A stretch of 64,000 nt of DNA from Aphanothece sp. CMT-3BRIN-NPC111 (GTDB lineage: Bacteria > Cyanobacteriota > Cyanobacteriia > Cyanobacteriales > JAHHGU01): assembly GCA_019359765.1 (NCBI GenBank), contig JAHHGU010000008.1:23929-87928 (forward strand). Reading direction: 5' to 3'. The notes under the pieces are model-generated. The model made no database searches and was not told where the DNA came from. It was given only the letters and a program-made list of their open reading frames with translations. The position numbers and the translations under genes are program-made. Of the stretch, positions 10,081 through 21,370 are shown one piece after another. The number at the start of each line of letters is the position of its first letter. The stretch's first letter is position 1.

Positions 10081-10854
10081 ATGATCGAAGAAGAAAATCA
10101 GCCAGAAAATTTTTCCCCTCAGACCGAGTATGCCGACTCGGCTACCGGTGATGTGAAGTTAAGTGTAGAACCGGACTCACAAGCACAAGTCGATCCGTCA
10201 AGTCAAACCTATGCGACCTCAGCAGAAGTATGGTCTGCTCAAGCTTCAGGGGAGAATGTCTCGACGACGGCAGCAGAAGCAACAAGTGCCGCACCCGTGA
10301 ACGACTCAGCCGCAACTGAAGGCTTGATGCGAGAATTAGAGACATTAAGGGCACAACTCGAAGAGCGCGCCAATCAATGTGACTCATTGAAAAATCAATA
10401 TATGCGGATTGCCGCAGATTTTGAGAATTTCCGCAGGCGCACGCTCAAAGAAAAGGAAGATTTGGAGGTTCAGGTAAAGTGTGCCACGATTAGTGAGTTA
10501 CTGTCGGTGGTGGATAATTTTGAGCGGGCGCGATCGCATCTCAAGCCGCAAACGGATGGGGAAATGACCATTCACAAAAGTTATCAGAGTGTGTACAAGC
10601 AGCTGGTCGATAGTCTTAAGCGCCTAGGCGTTTCTCCGATGCGTCCTGAGGGCAAAGAGTTCGATCCCAATCTTCACGAAGCAGTAATGCGCCAACCCAC
10701 TGAGGAATACCCAGAAGGGGCGGTAATGGAAGAACTGGTGCGGGGGTACTTCTTAGGCGATCGCGTCCTGCGCCACGCAATGGTCAAAGTTGCTGCCGCT
10801 GCTGAGCCTGTGGTAACCTCAGATGAAAGCAATTCCGGCACCACAGAAACTTGA
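10081..10854 (+). CDS. grpE: nucleotide exchange factor GrpE
   Basis: Coiled-coil N-terminus; [10 protein letters not shown] and VDNFERA motifs; sits upstream of dnaK. Confidence 0.85.
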   Translation: MIEEENQPENFSPQTEYADSATGDVKLSVEPDSQAQVDPSSQTYATSAEVWSAQASGENVSTTAAEATSAAPVNDSAATEGLMRELETLRAQLEERANQCDSLKNQYMRIAADFENFRRRTLKEKEDLEVQVKCATISELLSVVDNFERARSHLKPQTDGEMTIHKSYQSVYKQLVDSLKRLGVSPMRPEGKEFDPNLHEAVMRQPTEEYPEGAVMEELVRGYFLGDRVLRHAMVKVAAAAEPVVTSDESNSGTTET

Positions 10855-10996
10855 TGTGGCAATAACCGCGACCCAGAAACAGCCCCAGGTGTCAGTGTTT
10901 AGAATAAAGGAGACGGGCCTCCTGCTCAACAAAAGGGTAATCCCTGGCAACGAGTTCCACTGACACATAAAACTTTGCAAATCTTTACTGCCGCGT

Positions 10997-12976
10997 ATGG
11001 GAAAAGTCATTGGTATCGACCTGGGTACGACCAATAGTTGCATCGCTGTTTTAGAAGCGAGTCAACCGATCGTAATTCCCAACTCTGAAGGTGGGCGGAC
11101 TACTCCCAGTATCGTCGGATTTGCCAAAGCAGGCGAGCGCCTGGTTGGTCAACTGGCGAAGCGGCAATCTGTGACTAATGCCGAAAATACGGTTTATAGC
11201 ATTAAACGGTTTATCGGGCGCAGGTGGGATGAGACGGAAATAGAACGATCGCGGGTGCCTTATACATGTGTTAAAGGTCGCGATGATACCGTTGATGTCC
11301 AGATCCGGGGGCATAACTACACCCCCCAGGAAATCTCGGCAATGATCCTGCAAAAGTTAAAGCAGGATGCTGAAAGCTTCCTCGGAGAGTCGGTGGACAA
11401 AGCAGTAATCACCGTCCCTGCCTACTTCACCGACGCGCAAAGGCAGGCAACCAAAGATGCCGGGACCATCGCTGGGCTAGAAGTCTTGCGTATCATCAAC
11501 GAACCGACAGCTGCGGCCCTTGCTTATGGTTTAGATAAGCAAGATGAAGAACAGTGCATCTTAGTCTTTGACTTGGGTGGTGGTACATTTGACGTTTCCG
11601 TACTACAGCTTGGAGACGGCGTATTTGAAGTCAAGGCAACGTCAGGTAACAACCACCTAGGTGGGGATGACTTTGATAATGAGATTGTTCGCTGGATGAT
11701 TGACAACTTCCAGTCTTCAGAAGGTATCGACCTGGGAACAGATAAAATGGCTCTCCAGCGCCTACGTGAGGCGGCAGAAAAAGCCAAGGTTGAACTTTCT
11801 AGCATCGTTTCTACATCCATTAACCTGCCGTTTATCACAGCTGATGAAACAGGTCCTAAACACTTGGAAATGCAACTCTCGCGTTCCAAGTTTGAAGAAC
11901 TGGTAAGTCATATGATAGAGGCAACCCTAGAACCAGTAACACAGGCTCTCAAGGACGGGGACGTAAAAGCAGATGATATTAACCGCATTCTTTTAGTAGG
12001 TGGTTCAACTCGGATTCCCGCTGTCCAGAAGGCGATTAAGAATTTTTTTGGCGGCAAAGAACCAGATCGCTCTGTTAACCCAGATGAAGCGGTGGCACTT
12101 GGAGCGGGAATTCAAGGCGGCGTTTTAGGTGGTGCCGTCAAGGATGTGCTGTTATTGGATGTGACGCCTCTATCTCTAGGCATTGAAACCTTGGGAGAAG
12201 TGTTTACCAGAGTCATTGATCGCAACACCACTATCCCCACCAGCCAATCTCAGGTGTTTTCCACAGCAACAGACGGACAAACATCTGTAGAAATTCATGT
12301 GCTGCAAGGTGAGCGAGCTATGGTCAAGGACAATAATAGTCTGGGCAAATTCCTGCTAACCGGCATCCCCCCGTCTCCACGAGGTGTCCCCCAAATTGAA
12401 GTCTCCTTTGAAATAGATGTGAATGGGATTCTTAAGGTATTGGCTCAAGACAAAGGCACCGGGCGAGAGCAAAGTATCCGCATCACTAATACAGGTGGGT
12501 TGAGTAACAGCGAAGTGGAACGGATGCGGCAAGAGGCAGAATTGTATGCCGAAGAAGACCAGCGTCGGATACAAGTAGCTCAATTAAAGAACCAGGCTGA
12601 TAGTATGTTCTACAGCTTTGAATCAACATTAAAGGATAATGCTGCCTTTATTAGTGAGGATCTAAAAACCCAGGCAGAGCAAAAAGCAACCGCACTACGC
12701 TTAGCGCTCGAAGATCCATCAATTAGTCTTGAGAAGCTCAACAAACAGCTAGAAGTGTTCCAAGAAACGCTATTTGCTATGGGTACTGCTGTTTATCAAA
12801 AAGGCAACAATACCCCCAATGACAACGAGTTCACGGCACCTAACAAGAGCAAGTTTACGCCCTTTACACCTAACTTTAGCAATGCTTCAGAATCAACACC
12901 AGAGGCACAAGAAGAACTCAATTTTGATTTTGATGAAGACCAAACCATAACAGCGGATTACGAAACCATTGAATAA
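10997..12976 (+). CDS. dnaK: molecular chaperone DnaK (Hsp70)
   Basis: [20 protein letters not shown] and [12 protein letters not shown] Hsp70 signatures; 659 aa. Confidence 0.95.
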   Translation: MGKVIGIDLGTTNSCIAVLEASQPIVIPNSEGGRTTPSIVGFAKAGERLVGQLAKRQSVTNAENTVYSIKRFIGRRWDETEIERSRVPYTCVKGRDDTVDVQIRGHNYTPQEISAMILQKLKQDAESFLGESVDKAVITVPAYFTDAQRQATKDAGTIAGLEVLRIINEPTAAALAYGLDKQDEEQCILVFDLGGGTFDVSVLQLGDGVFEVKATSGNNHLGGDDFDNEIVRWMIDNFQSSEGIDLGTDKMALQRLREAAEKAKVELSSIVSTSINLPFITADETGPKHLEMQLSRSKFEELVSHMIEATLEPVTQALKDGDVKADDINRILLVGGSTRIPAVQKAIKNFFGGKEPDRSVNPDEAVALGAGIQGGVLGGAVKDVLLLDVTPLSLGIETLGEVFTRVIDRNTTIPTSQSQVFSTATDGQTSVEIHVLQGERAMVKDNNSLGKFLLTGIPPSPRGVPQIEVSFEIDVNGILKVLAQDKGTGREQSIRITNTGGLSNSEVERMRQEAELYAEEDQRRIQVAQLKNQADSMFYSFESTLKDNAAFISEDLKTQAEQKATALRLALEDPSISLEKLNKQLEVFQETLFAMGTAVYQKGNNTPNDNEFTAPNKSKFTPFTPNFSNASESTPEAQEELNFDFDEDQTITADYETIE

Positions 12977-13085
12977 TTAGCTTGGTGCCAATTGTCCGTT
13001 GTTTGTTGCTAATAAGGGCAGGGTTCCCTTGCCCCCAACTACTGACTAACCCCTAACCACTAACACTATCAAGAAGCAGCGCTCT

Positions 13086-14213
13086 ATGGCCCGCGACTAC
13101 TATGAAATTCTCGGTATCTCTCGTGACGCCGACAAAGAAGAAATCAAGCGCGCCTACCGCCGCCTTGCTCGGAAGTATCACCCGGACGTCAACAAAGAAT
13201 CAGGGGCGGAAGAGCGTTTTAAAGAAATTAATCGGGCATACGAAGTCCTTTCGGAACCAGAAATGCGTACCCGTTATGACCGATTTGGTGAAGCTGGTGT
13301 GGCGTCAGGTGTCGGTGCAGGCTTCCAGGACTTTAGCGATATCGGTGGCTTTGCGGATATCTTTGAAAGCTTCTTTTCAGGCTTTGGGGGTGGGGCAGGT
13401 CAGGCCACTAGAAGACGGAGTGGTCCCGCCCGTGGTGATGATCTGCGCCTAGATTTAAAGCTGGATTTTCGGGAAGCAGTATTTGGTGGGGAAAAGGAAA
13501 TTCGGATTCCCCATCTAGAAAACTGCAATATCTGTAGCGGCAGTGGCGCAAAACCAGGAACTAGCTCCCAAAGCTGTTCTACCTGTAGCGGCACGGGGCA
13601 AGTCCGTCGTGCCACCCGCACTCCCTTTGGTAGCTTCACCCAAGTTTCTGCGTGTCCCACCTGTAATGGGGAAGGACAGGTGATTGAGCAAAAGTGCGAA
13701 GCTTGTGGAGGCGCTGGTCGCAAACAAGAAACCAAGAAGCTAAAAATTACTATTCCAGCAGGAGTGGATAATGGAACTCGCCTGCGCGTTTCTAGAGAGG
13801 GAGACGCCGGGGCTAAAGGGGGGCCTCCTGGAGATCTTTACGTGTACTTGTTTATTGAGGAAGATGCCGAGTTCCACCGGGAAGGCATTAACATCCTCTC
13901 TGAGATCAAGATCAGTTACTTGCAGGCTATTTTAGGGTGCCGTCTGGAAGTGAATACAGTGGATGGTGCAGTAGAGTTGACGATTCCCAAGGGAACGCAA
14001 CCTGATACGGTGCTGACGCTGGAGAATCACGGTGTACCTAGACTAGGGAACCCAGTTAGTCGGGGAGATCACTTGATTACGGTTCATATTGACATTCCCA
14101 CGCACATCACGCCTGAAGAACGGGAACTGCTGGAGAAGCTGGCTAAAATTAAGGGCGATCGCACTGGCAAAGGCGGCCTAGAAGGATTCTTGGGAGGACT
14201 GTTTCGCGGATGA
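13086..14213 (+). CDS. dnaJ: molecular chaperone DnaJ
   Basis: J-domain [11 protein letters not shown]...HPD; four CxxCxGxG zinc-finger repeats; G/F-rich linker. Confidence 0.95.
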   Translation: MARDYYEILGISRDADKEEIKRAYRRLARKYHPDVNKESGAEERFKEINRAYEVLSEPEMRTRYDRFGEAGVASGVGAGFQDFSDIGGFADIFESFFSGFGGGAGQATRRRSGPARGDDLRLDLKLDFREAVFGGEKEIRIPHLENCNICSGSGAKPGTSSQSCSTCSGTGQVRRATRTPFGSFTQVSACPTCNGEGQVIEQKCEACGGAGRKQETKKLKITIPAGVDNGTRLRVSREGDAGAKGGPPGDLYVYLFIEEDAEFHREGINILSEIKISYLQAILGCRLEVNTVDGAVELTIPKGTQPDTVLTLENHGVPRLGNPVSRGDHLITVHIDIPTHITPEERELLEKLAKIKGDRTGKGGLEGFLGGLFRG

Positions 14214-14476
14214 ACAACTTAACTTCCTCAAGAACACCCCAGACCCCTGATGCTCAACTGGATCTGCGGGGGACACCTTGCCCAATTAACTTTGTCAGAA
14301 CCAAACTTTGTCTTGAGAAAATGGCACCTGGATCTTTGTTAGAAGTATGGCTAGACCCAGGAGAACCGATTGAGCAAGTACCTGACAGCCTAATAATGGA
14401 AGGTTACAACATTGAAGACATTGAAGACCGTACTGGCTTTTTTGTTCTGAAAGTGCGGCGTCCAAAAGAGTTATGA
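14210..14476 (+). CDS. TusA-like sulfurtransferase (SirA/YedF/YeeD family)
   Basis: [16 protein letters not shown] CPxP motif; 88 aa; ATGA overlap with the dnaJ stop. Confidence 0.7.
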   Translation: MNNLTSSRTPQTPDAQLDLRGTPCPINFVRTKLCLEKMAPGSLLEVWLDPGEPIEQVPDSLIMEGYNIEDIEDRTGFFVLKVRRPKEL

Positions 14477-14486
14477 GTAATAAATT

Positions 14487-15665
14487 ATGAGTTTTGAGTT
14501 AGAAGAACCACTCAATACTCAAACATCAGAGTTGAGCAAGGTTTTGGGTACGGTGCTGGCGGTACAGGCAAATTACTACCAGGTGCGTGTAGACAGTAGA
14601 GAAATAAGCTCAACTCAAAACTCTGTAAGGGCGGGTTTAATAGATGAATCTGGGGTCGAAACAGAACAATCCTTCAACATTACTCCCCCTACAACTCAAA
14701 ACTCAAAACTTTCTCTTTTATGCACGCGCCGATCGCGCCTGAAAAAAATTGGGTCTAAGGTCATGGTGGGTGATCGCGTTGAAATTGAAGAACCAGATTG
14801 GGCTGGTGGTAGAGGGGCGATCGCTCAAGTGCTGCCTCGGCAAACTGAACTTGACCGTCCTCCAATTGCCAATGCTAACCAAATTTTATTGGTGTTTGCC
14901 CTGGCAGATCCGCCGCTAGACGCCTACCAGTTGAGTAGATTTCTGGTCAAAGCGGAGTCAACTAGCTTAGAAGTTTGCCTCTGCCTCAATAAAAGCGATT
15001 TGGTCACAAATGAGCAGCAGCAGCAATGGCGCGATCGCCTCAAACAGTGGGGGTACCAACCCTTATTTATCAGCGTCTACACCAACACAGGTCTAGATGA
15101 ACTAAACAACCGACTAAGTAATAAAATCAGCGTCTTTGCTGGTCTTTCTGGAGTGGGAAAATCGAGCATTATAAATTATTTAGTGCCATATGTCAATATA
15201 AGAGTTGCTGAAGTATCTGGGAAACTTAACCGGGGGCGTCACACTACGCGACACGTGGAACTGTTTGAATTACCCAGTGGTGGCTTACTAGCGGATACTC
15301 CAGGCTTCAATCAGCCAGATATTGATTTTACTCCTGAGGAGTTAGCGGCTTATTTCCCGGAAGCAAAGCAGCGGTTAGCAACTGACAGATGTCAGTTTAG
15401 CAATTGCCTGCATCGGAATGAGCCTAACTGTGCGGTGCGAGGAGATTGGGAGCGCTATGAGCATTATCTGGATTTTCTGGAAGAAGCGATCGCGCGTCAA
15501 GATTTTCTGAATCAACAAGCCAATCCAGAGTCAACTCTGAAGTTAAAAAGTAAGGCAGGTAAAAGCCAGTACGAACCCAAGCTAGAAACTAAAAAATATC
15601 GTCGGATTTCCCGTCGCACACAACAGCAGGAGTTGCAAGAGTTATATAAAGAAACAGATTTTTGA
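14487..15665 (+). CDS. rsgA: ribosome small-subunit-dependent GTPase A RsgA (YjeQ)
   Basis: Circularly permuted GTPase motifs (NKSDL ... GLSGVGKSS ... DTPGF); C-terminal Cys/His zinc finger; N-terminal OB domain carries an STRR-derived insertion. Confidence 0.85.
   Translation: MSFELEEPLNTQTSELSKVLGTVLAVQANYYQVRVDSREISSTQNSVRAGLIDESGVETEQSFNITPPTTQNSKLSLLCTRRSRLKKIGSKVMVGDRVEIEEPDWAGGRGAIAQVLPRQTELDRPPIANANQILLVFALADPPLDAYQLSRFLVKAESTSLEVCLCLNKSDLVTNEQQQQWRDRLKQWGYQPLFISVYTNTGLDELNNRLSNKISVFAGLSGVGKSSIINYLVPYVNIRVAEVSGKLNRGRHTTRHVELFELPSGGLLADTPGFNQPDIDFTPEELAAYFPEAKQRLATDRCQFSNCLHRNEPNCAVRGDWERYEHYLDFLEEAIARQDFLNQQANPESTLKLKSKAGKSQYEPKLETKKYRRISRRTQQQELQELYKETDF
14615..14700 (+). repeat. 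ACTCAAA STRR heptamers embedded in frame in the rsgA OB-fold domain
   Basis: caactcaaaactctg ... caactcaaaactcaaaac, encoding SSTQNSV and TTQNSKLS segments of an about 40-aa insertion. Confidence 0.6.
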
Positions 15666-15710
15666 GCGGGGATGAATTAAGAAACATTCAATTGCCTCTA
15701 CAGTTCAGTC

Positions 15711-16967
15711 CTACCAGGGGCCCCAAATAGCAAATGTGATCCCAGGGCTTTGGATATTTGCGAACATAGTTTGACCGTCTGGTGAGAAGCAAACTCCAGC
15801 GAACTCGGAAGTATTTAGGGCATTGCGAGCGAACTGGTAAAGTGTACCAGTCGCAGTGATTCCCACAAGATAATCTGTACCCTCCCCATCTTCACATAGA
15901 AACAAATCGCCATTAGGAGCAACAACAATATTATCAGGGTTATCTAGTACGCCTGAATTGTTTGGTTCAATGTATAGTTCAATGGTTTCGTTAGCAGGGT
16001 TGTAGCGCCAAATTTGTCCATCTCCGGAACTGCCACCGCTCGTGCAGCAAAAGTAAATTACATTATTTCCATAAAAAATTCCTTCCCCGCGTGCAAATTT
16101 AGCGGCCCCTTTGTTTTGACCTTGCGATCGCACCGTGTCGTTATCAGGGTTAGGATTGTCAATAAGCACCCACTCGACTGCCATTGGAGTATTTTTTGGG
16201 AAATTAGTAGCGGTATTTACTCCAGGCATACTCGTTATCTTTAAAGCATACAAAGAGCCTCCGGCACTTAGTTTACCTGGCTGACTGGGAATAAAGCGGT
16301 AGAAGAGGCTATCCCCACGGTCTTCGGTTTGATAAACATAGCCTGTGTTGGGATCTACGGCAGCGGCTTCATGGTTAAAGCGACCCATTGCTGTCAGCGC
16401 AACCGGATTTACAAAAGTAGTTGCACTACTCGGAACTTCAAAGATATAGCCGTGCTTTTTGTTGCCCACCTCAACACTTTCTTCGCAGCTAAGCCATGAA
16501 CCCCAGGGGGTTAGTCCACCAGCACAGTTGCGGTAGGTACCTGCTAATACACCATAATGACTCACTAATGTACGATCTGGCGCAACAATCAGTTTTGTGC
16601 AGCCGCCTTTACCTTGGGTATCGTACTTTTTAGTGCTAGGAGAGCCAACGCTGGTGCTGGAAGTTGCGTGGAGTTCATGATTGCGGATCAAAATAGTGTT
16701 GTTGTTTGCTCCCGCGAAAGCAGCCATGCCATCATGCCCCCCTGGCACTTTATAGCCGTCTTTCATAATTTGGCCAGTCTCAGATAACCTCTTGTAGGTA
16801 AATCCAGCGGGCAAGTCTAATACACCTTTAGGATCTGGTTGAAGCGAGCCATAAGGACCTATGGCGATCGCCTTTTTAGCATAAAAAGCTTGTAGGGGGG
16901 ATAAAAGTACAGCACCCGCAGCACTCGTTCCTGCTAGGGTAAAAAATTGACGCCGTGATAAAGCCAT
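15711..16967 (-). CDS. Tat-secreted PhoX-family phosphatase-like protein (DUF839/COG3211-like)
   Basis: Twin-arginine signal MALSRRQFFTLAG; NCAGGLTPWGSWLSCEE motif as I remember it from PhoX-family proteins; shorter than the classical PhoX. Confidence 0.45.
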   Translation of the reverse strand: MALSRRQFFTLAGTSAAGAVLLSPLQAFYAKKAIAIGPYGSLQPDPKGVLDLPAGFTYKRLSETGQIMKDGYKVPGGHDGMAAFAGANNNTILIRNHELHATSSTSVGSPSTKKYDTQGKGGCTKLIVAPDRTLVSHYGVLAGTYRNCAGGLTPWGSWLSCEESVEVGNKKHGYIFEVPSSATTFVNPVALTAMGRFNHEAAAVDPNTGYVYQTEDRGDSLFYRFIPSQPGKLSAGGSLYALKITSMPGVNTATNFPKNTPMAVEWVLIDNPNPDNDTVRSQGQNKGAAKFARGEGIFYGNNVIYFCCTSGGSSGDGQIWRYNPANETIELYIEPNNSGVLDNPDNIVVAPNGDLFLCEDGEGTDYLVGITATGTLYQFARNALNTSEFAGVCFSPDGQTMFANIQSPGITFAIWGPW

Positions 16968-17113
16968 AAGGTTCTTAGGTGAATGTGCCTATAAATTAGC
17001 TGAGGCTGATTATTTTTTAGAGAAGGTTTGATTAATTTTGAATTAAATTAAAAAGCTACTAAATGTTTTAGCATAGAATGCAATAACCGGAACTGTAGAT
17101 ACTAATAGCCTAT

Positions 17114-17218
17114 CTGAAAAGTGGTTTTAAGATAGTTTTAACCACAGATAAACACAGATGAACCCAGATACCAGTACTTCTTGGGCAACTGAAACGGATA
17201 CAAGAAAGGTAGGCTCTA
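17114..17218. repeat. dispersed CACAGAT-type repeat element, copy 1
   Basis: Near-identical to 30775-30878 and, in reverse complement, to 49569-49630 (gaaaagtggttttaagata.ttttaaccacagataaacacagatgaac.cagataccagtac...actgaaacggat.caagaaag). Confidence 0.6.
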
Positions 17219-17351
17219 AGCACGTAGGTGAAAATAAATGTAACTATGAAGGGCTGGTAATGCTTATAGGCGCGTTAGCGCCGTGGCAAAGCCTATGCAA
17301 AGAGCTTTACCAATAACCAATCATCAACATTGACATTAATTATGTCACAAC

Positions 17352-18581
17352 CTAACGCAGCACCAGCACCACTGTCTGTAACAAACCGACCACAAAACCC
17401 AAAATGCCCCCTAAATTAACAATTCCTTGCAACTCACTTTTGACAATACCTTGAATTGCCGCTTCTAGATCCGCAGCAGAAGTCGCCTTAACTCGGTCAA
17501 TAATTACTTGATCGATGTTTAAAATAGGTATCACCTGAGCCACAATATTTTCTAAATCTCGCTCCAGATAGCGCTCCAAAATCAAAGCTAGTTCTTTGCT
17601 AACTACTTCTAATGAAGAATTTACAACTGGAGAATTCCGCAGGCGGCTAATGGTTAAGGTGGCGATCGCTTCCCAATCAACAGAACTACTCAATCCTTCA
17701 ATTAACTCTGTGCCCCGCGTTTGCACATAGCTGCGGATACTGTCCCGTATCGTCTTACGTAGCTGCCGCACTGTTGATACTGGCAAATTTTGCAAAGACA
17801 GATTTTGCAGCCATTCCTTGAGACGCTCTCGAATGCTTAGAGATGCGTACAACTCTGTTAGGCGGGTATTCGTCGCCTCTTTCTCATCTAGGCAAAAAGT
17901 CCGCAGGCGAGTCAGGCTATTGCGTAAACCAAATAAATTCGCTACTACCCAATAAGTACCACTAGTTTTTTCCCGAAACCCCTCATCAATCACTTGAATG
18001 TTGCGATCCGTCAAAAAGTCTACCAATGCTAGGCGCACTACGTCCGGTGGCAGCACTACTTTAAGTAGCCAATCTGCTAGCTGAGTAGCCTGTTGTTCGC
18101 TTAGCTGAAAATCCAGCAAAATCTGGTCAAAAATTTGGTTAAGTTGGGGTTCTAAGAAATTTTCGCGACGGGCTAAGACTTTAATCAGGCGGGGTAAGGA
18201 TTGACCGAGCAAATCCCGCAGAATTCCAGCCAGAATCTTGGCTGTTTTCTGCTCCTTATCGGCTTGGACTTGATCTAGTGCTAGCTGGAGTAACCATAAA
18301 ATCGCCCCTTGGACACGCTCGGTTTGCAGCAGACGCCGTGCCAGGTTTTGCAACTCTGCCGGTGTGAGTAGCGACCCCATGATTGTGTCGGAAACCCGTT
18401 TGGCAAGCCGCTCTTGATTGCGAGGAATCAAACCAGGTGTGAAGGGCAGCTGTTGCTTACCGATGTAAATAGCCCGGTAGGGGCGAAACAGCATTTTGAT
18501 GGCTATATCGTTAGTGAAATAGCCAATAATTGCACCTAGTATGGGAGGGCTAATGTAAAGCCAGAAGTTAGATGAATTCAA
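17352..18581 (-). CDS. DUF445 family membrane protein (UPF0754-like)
   Basis: N-terminal TM segment followed by the [14 protein letters not shown] motif characteristic of the DUF445/YheB family. Confidence 0.55.
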   Translation of the reverse strand: MNSSNFWLYISPPILGAIIGYFTNDIAIKMLFRPYRAIYIGKQQLPFTPGLIPRNQERLAKRVSDTIMGSLLTPAELQNLARRLLQTERVQGAILWLLQLALDQVQADKEQKTAKILAGILRDLLGQSLPRLIKVLARRENFLEPQLNQIFDQILLDFQLSEQQATQLADWLLKVVLPPDVVRLALVDFLTDRNIQVIDEGFREKTSGTYWVVANLFGLRNSLTRLRTFCLDEKEATNTRLTELYASLSIRERLKEWLQNLSLQNLPVSTVRQLRKTIRDSIRSYVQTRGTELIEGLSSSVDWEAIATLTISRLRNSPVVNSSLEVVSKELALILERYLERDLENIVAQVIPILNIDQVIIDRVKATSAADLEAAIQGIVKSELQGIVNLGGILGFVVGLLQTVVLVLR

Positions 18582-18609
18582 CTTAGGACTCAGGAGAAAG
18601 GCGTCAATC

Positions 18610-18644
18610 GATTTTGGATTTTGGATTTTGGATTTTGGATTTTC
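18610..18644. repeat. STRR heptamer array (GATTTTG)x5
   Basis: Five perfect tandem heptamers between menG and the DUF445 gene. Confidence 0.85.
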
Positions 18645-18782
18645 ATCCCAGACGATAGTCGGAGGGTTGAGACCTTTCGGTTTTCAGTCAGGAAAGAGGA
18701 ACCAAAAGTCCAAATCTTTATAAATCCTGGATTCTAGATTCTGAAGGCTGCTCTTGGTTTATTTGTGCCTACTTACTTAATT

Positions 18783-19499
18783 CTATTTTGCAATAACTAA
18801 AACACCCATCGTGCCACCGGAAATAGGATAGTGGGTAGCATCAGCAAATCCCGCTTGACGGGCTAGCTCAATCTGCTCTGAACCTGTAGGAAAGCGATCT
18901 AAGCTGGGAGCAAGATAAGCATATTCTTCTGTAAAGCCCAATTGCTGGGCAGCTGGAACCACAATGTTGTCTAGATACCACTGCTGAAAGGCACGCGCTG
19001 CTGGATTGCTGGGGCGGTGGAAGTCGAGGATGGCGGCAAAAGCTCCCGGCTTCAGGACGCGGTGCAACTCCTGAAGACAACGGGGAATATCTGTAACATT
19101 TCGGAGTCCGTAACCCATCGTGGCAGCATCAAAGTGATTGTCATCGAAGGGTAAATTTAGGGCGTCTGCCTCAACCCAGGTGATCGGGGGAGGTGAATAT
19201 TGGGCTTGGCAACGCTGATGAGCGATCGCTAGCTGCTGTGATGAAAAATCAACCCCAAACACCTGACCAGTAGCTCCTACTTGTCGCCCCAGCAGCAAGG
19301 CTAAATCCCCACTGCCACAGCATAAATCTAAGCAGGTATCTCCAAGCTCAGCATTACTCCACTTTACCGCCATCCGCTTCCAAATGCGGTGCTGACCCAG
19401 GCTTAACCAATCGTTCATCTGGTCATAGACTGGGGCAATGCGGTCAAACAATGCTTGGATTTCTGACGCGGGTGGCGTTATAGGTTTATCTAAAATCAT
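18783..19499 (-). CDS. menG: demethyl(phyllo/mena)quinone methyltransferase UbiE/MenG family
   Basis: SAM-binding LDLCCGSGDL motif; UbiE-type IWKRMAVKW motif; 238 aa. Confidence 0.75.
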   Translation of the reverse strand: MILDKPITPPASEIQALFDRIAPVYDQMNDWLSLGQHRIWKRMAVKWSNAELGDTCLDLCCGSGDLALLLGRQVGATGQVFGVDFSSQQLAIAHQRCQAQYSPPPITWVEADALNLPFDDNHFDAATMGYGLRNVTDIPRCLQELHRVLKPGAFAAILDFHRPSNPAARAFQQWYLDNIVVPAAQQLGFTEEYAYLAPSLDRFPTGSEQIELARQAGFADATHYPISGGTMGVLVIAK

Positions 19500-19503
19500 T
19501 TAA

Positions 19504-19543
19504 GAGTTTTGAGTTTTGAGTTTTGAGTTTTAAGTTTTGAGTT
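19504..19543. repeat. STRR heptamer array (GAGTTTT)x5.5
   Basis: gagttttgagttttgagttttgagttttaagttttgagtt in the intergenic region. Confidence 0.85.
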
Positions 19544-19625
19544 GAATTTGTATGCGGAAAAATAGGGATTAAATTAGGACAAGGAAGAAGTTATAAGTTA
19601 TAAGTTGAAATATTTAATTGAAAAC

Positions 19626-20588
19626 TTATAACTCTGCCTTTTGGGCGCTGAGGGCTAAGGCAACCTGCTGCGCTGAAAGGTGAATCATTTTCAGCTCATC
19701 TTCTCGGAGTTTGCAGGGTCGTTTCCACTGTAGGGACACTATCGCCAGCACTTCGCCCCGATAAATAATCGGAACAACCAGATGCACTTTGAGAGCGATC
19801 GCTTGGTATTGTTCAATGTTAGCTTGGGTTTCACTCACCCAAACCTGAAGCTTTTTCGTCGCGATCGCCTCTGCCACGAGGGCATCGGACTCCAGCGCGT
19901 TGACAATAGCACCAGCAGGACTGTAAATTCCTGAAGTCGCTGCTAAATTCTTGCCCTCCACTAGCTGCACAATACAGCCATCGGCTGAGAATTTATTCCC
20001 AAAGGCAGTGGTAATTGACTCAAGAGTTGCCTCTATATTTGGCGATTCCTGGGCTACCTGTACAATTGTTGCTAATAGCTGCGTCTGGGCTTGCGCCCGA
20101 TCGAGTTCTTCTGTTCGTTGCTTCAGCAAGTCATAAGTGTCTGTAGCCCGCTGTACCAAGTTCTTTAGTTCATAGGGGTCCCAAGGCTTTGTGATGTACT
20201 TGTAGACCTGTCCAGAATTAATTGCTTCCACCAAATCCTCGACATCAGTAAAACCTGTGAGGATAATCCGCACTGTGTCTGGAAACTGAGGAACCGTTTT
20301 ACTGAGAAATTCCGTTCCCTTCATTTCTGGCATCCGCTGATCCGAGATAATTACAGCAACTTCCCCTTCTGCGGCTAGCAATTCTAGTGCGTGGACACCG
20401 CTTTCAGCCCTAAGAACATGGAAATCTCGGCGGAAGGTGCGGTAGAGCAAATCCAGATTATCTGGCTCATCGTCTACCACCAACATCTTAGGCTTGTTTG
20501 GTCGCTCTAGGCTCATTAACTGACGGCTGATATTTTCAAGTTCCGGAATCTCATTGTCCATAACAATACAACAAAATATTGGCGGCAA
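19626..20588 (-). CDS. response regulator receiver domain protein with C-terminal GAF domain
   Basis: Receiver motifs (MLVVDDEP..., ISDQRMPEM, KP at the end of the domain) followed by a GAF-like region; the start may be the downstream Met (MDNEIPEL). Confidence 0.7.
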   Translation of the reverse strand: MPPIFCCIVMDNEIPELENISRQLMSLERPNKPKMLVVDDEPDNLDLLYRTFRRDFHVLRAESGVHALELLAAEGEVAVIISDQRMPEMKGTEFLSKTVPQFPDTVRIILTGFTDVEDLVEAINSGQVYKYITKPWDPYELKNLVQRATDTYDLLKQRTEELDRAQAQTQLLATIVQVAQESPNIEATLESITTAFGNKFSADGCIVQLVEGKNLAATSGIYSPAGAIVNALESDALVAEAIATKKLQVWVSETQANIEQYQAIALKVHLVVPIIYRGEVLAIVSLQWKRPCKLREDELKMIHLSAQQVALALSAQKAEL

Positions 20589-21370
20589 ATCAAGGCAGGC
20601 AATTTATCTGCTTATAAGTTTATTCTCATAGGATTTATACATCTCAACATTAAAAAGCTGTTTAAGACAAGGGTAAGGAGTAGGTCGTAATTATCGTGCG
20701 CTCTGTATGCTTTACCTGCTTGGACTATGGAATTAGTAGAACTGTTGCCGAATCCTATACATGGGGAGAACCAAACGATTGAAGAATTGAAGAATTGACC
20801 TTGCCCACTATGCAGGACGAGGCTTGAACCAAATTTCACGCTGTCAATATAGATAATATTTATGACCTGAACGCGATACATTTAACCAATTTCGCGCAAT
20901 TCCCCATCCGTGCGGTGGGGATGGTGCTTCGACGGGGCGGTAGCCCCAATTTTGTTTTATTACTTGCTATCGTAAAGGCTGTAAAGTTCATGGATGCCAG
21001 GTTTCAGGTTATAATATGGTCGGTTGTTGACCCGTCTGACTGACTAAAAGGCTTCGGTACTAGCAGAAAGGCTTCGGTACTAGCAGAGTTCAGAGAATCG
21101 ATTTCTCCCACGGGAAGACCCCTGTTCACTCCCAGAAGAAATCTCGAAGAACAATCAAACAATCTCAGGAAGTGGGATTGCTGCCTGTGGAGGCTGTGTA
21201 AGTACTTCTACTAGGCAACTAGTAGAGGCATCGGCTGTTGAGACGGGAAACTCCTTTATACGAATAAAATTGTCCTTGTTAGCTTTAGTTGAAAGCCCTA
21301 ACTTCAGCGAAGCAAGTTGGGGTACTTTACAAACTTAGAATGCGCCACTTAATAGCATTGTTGCTTTATC

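Noticed and set aside
10142-10387. 81-aa ORF antisense to grpE, and the 10674-11043 ORFs
   Set aside because: Antisense or overlapping shadows of grpE and dnaK.
19589-19633. AGTTATAAGTT...AACTTATAACT hairpin as a terminator for the response regulator gene
   Set aside because: The hairpin includes the stop codon and has no following U-run; ambiguous.
20612-20881. 89-aa minus-strand ORF in the region upstream of raf1
   Set aside because: Hydrophobic nonsense translation in an AT-rich noncoding region; no RBS or start context.
20911-21300. Calling this region a tmRNA (ssrA) gene
   Set aside because: Only the 5' GGGGAUGG...UUCGACGGGG motif matches. I found no tag ORF with a double stop, no T-arm or CCA-ending acceptor 3' strand, and no permuted acceptor piece. 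It is kept as a finding, not a feature.
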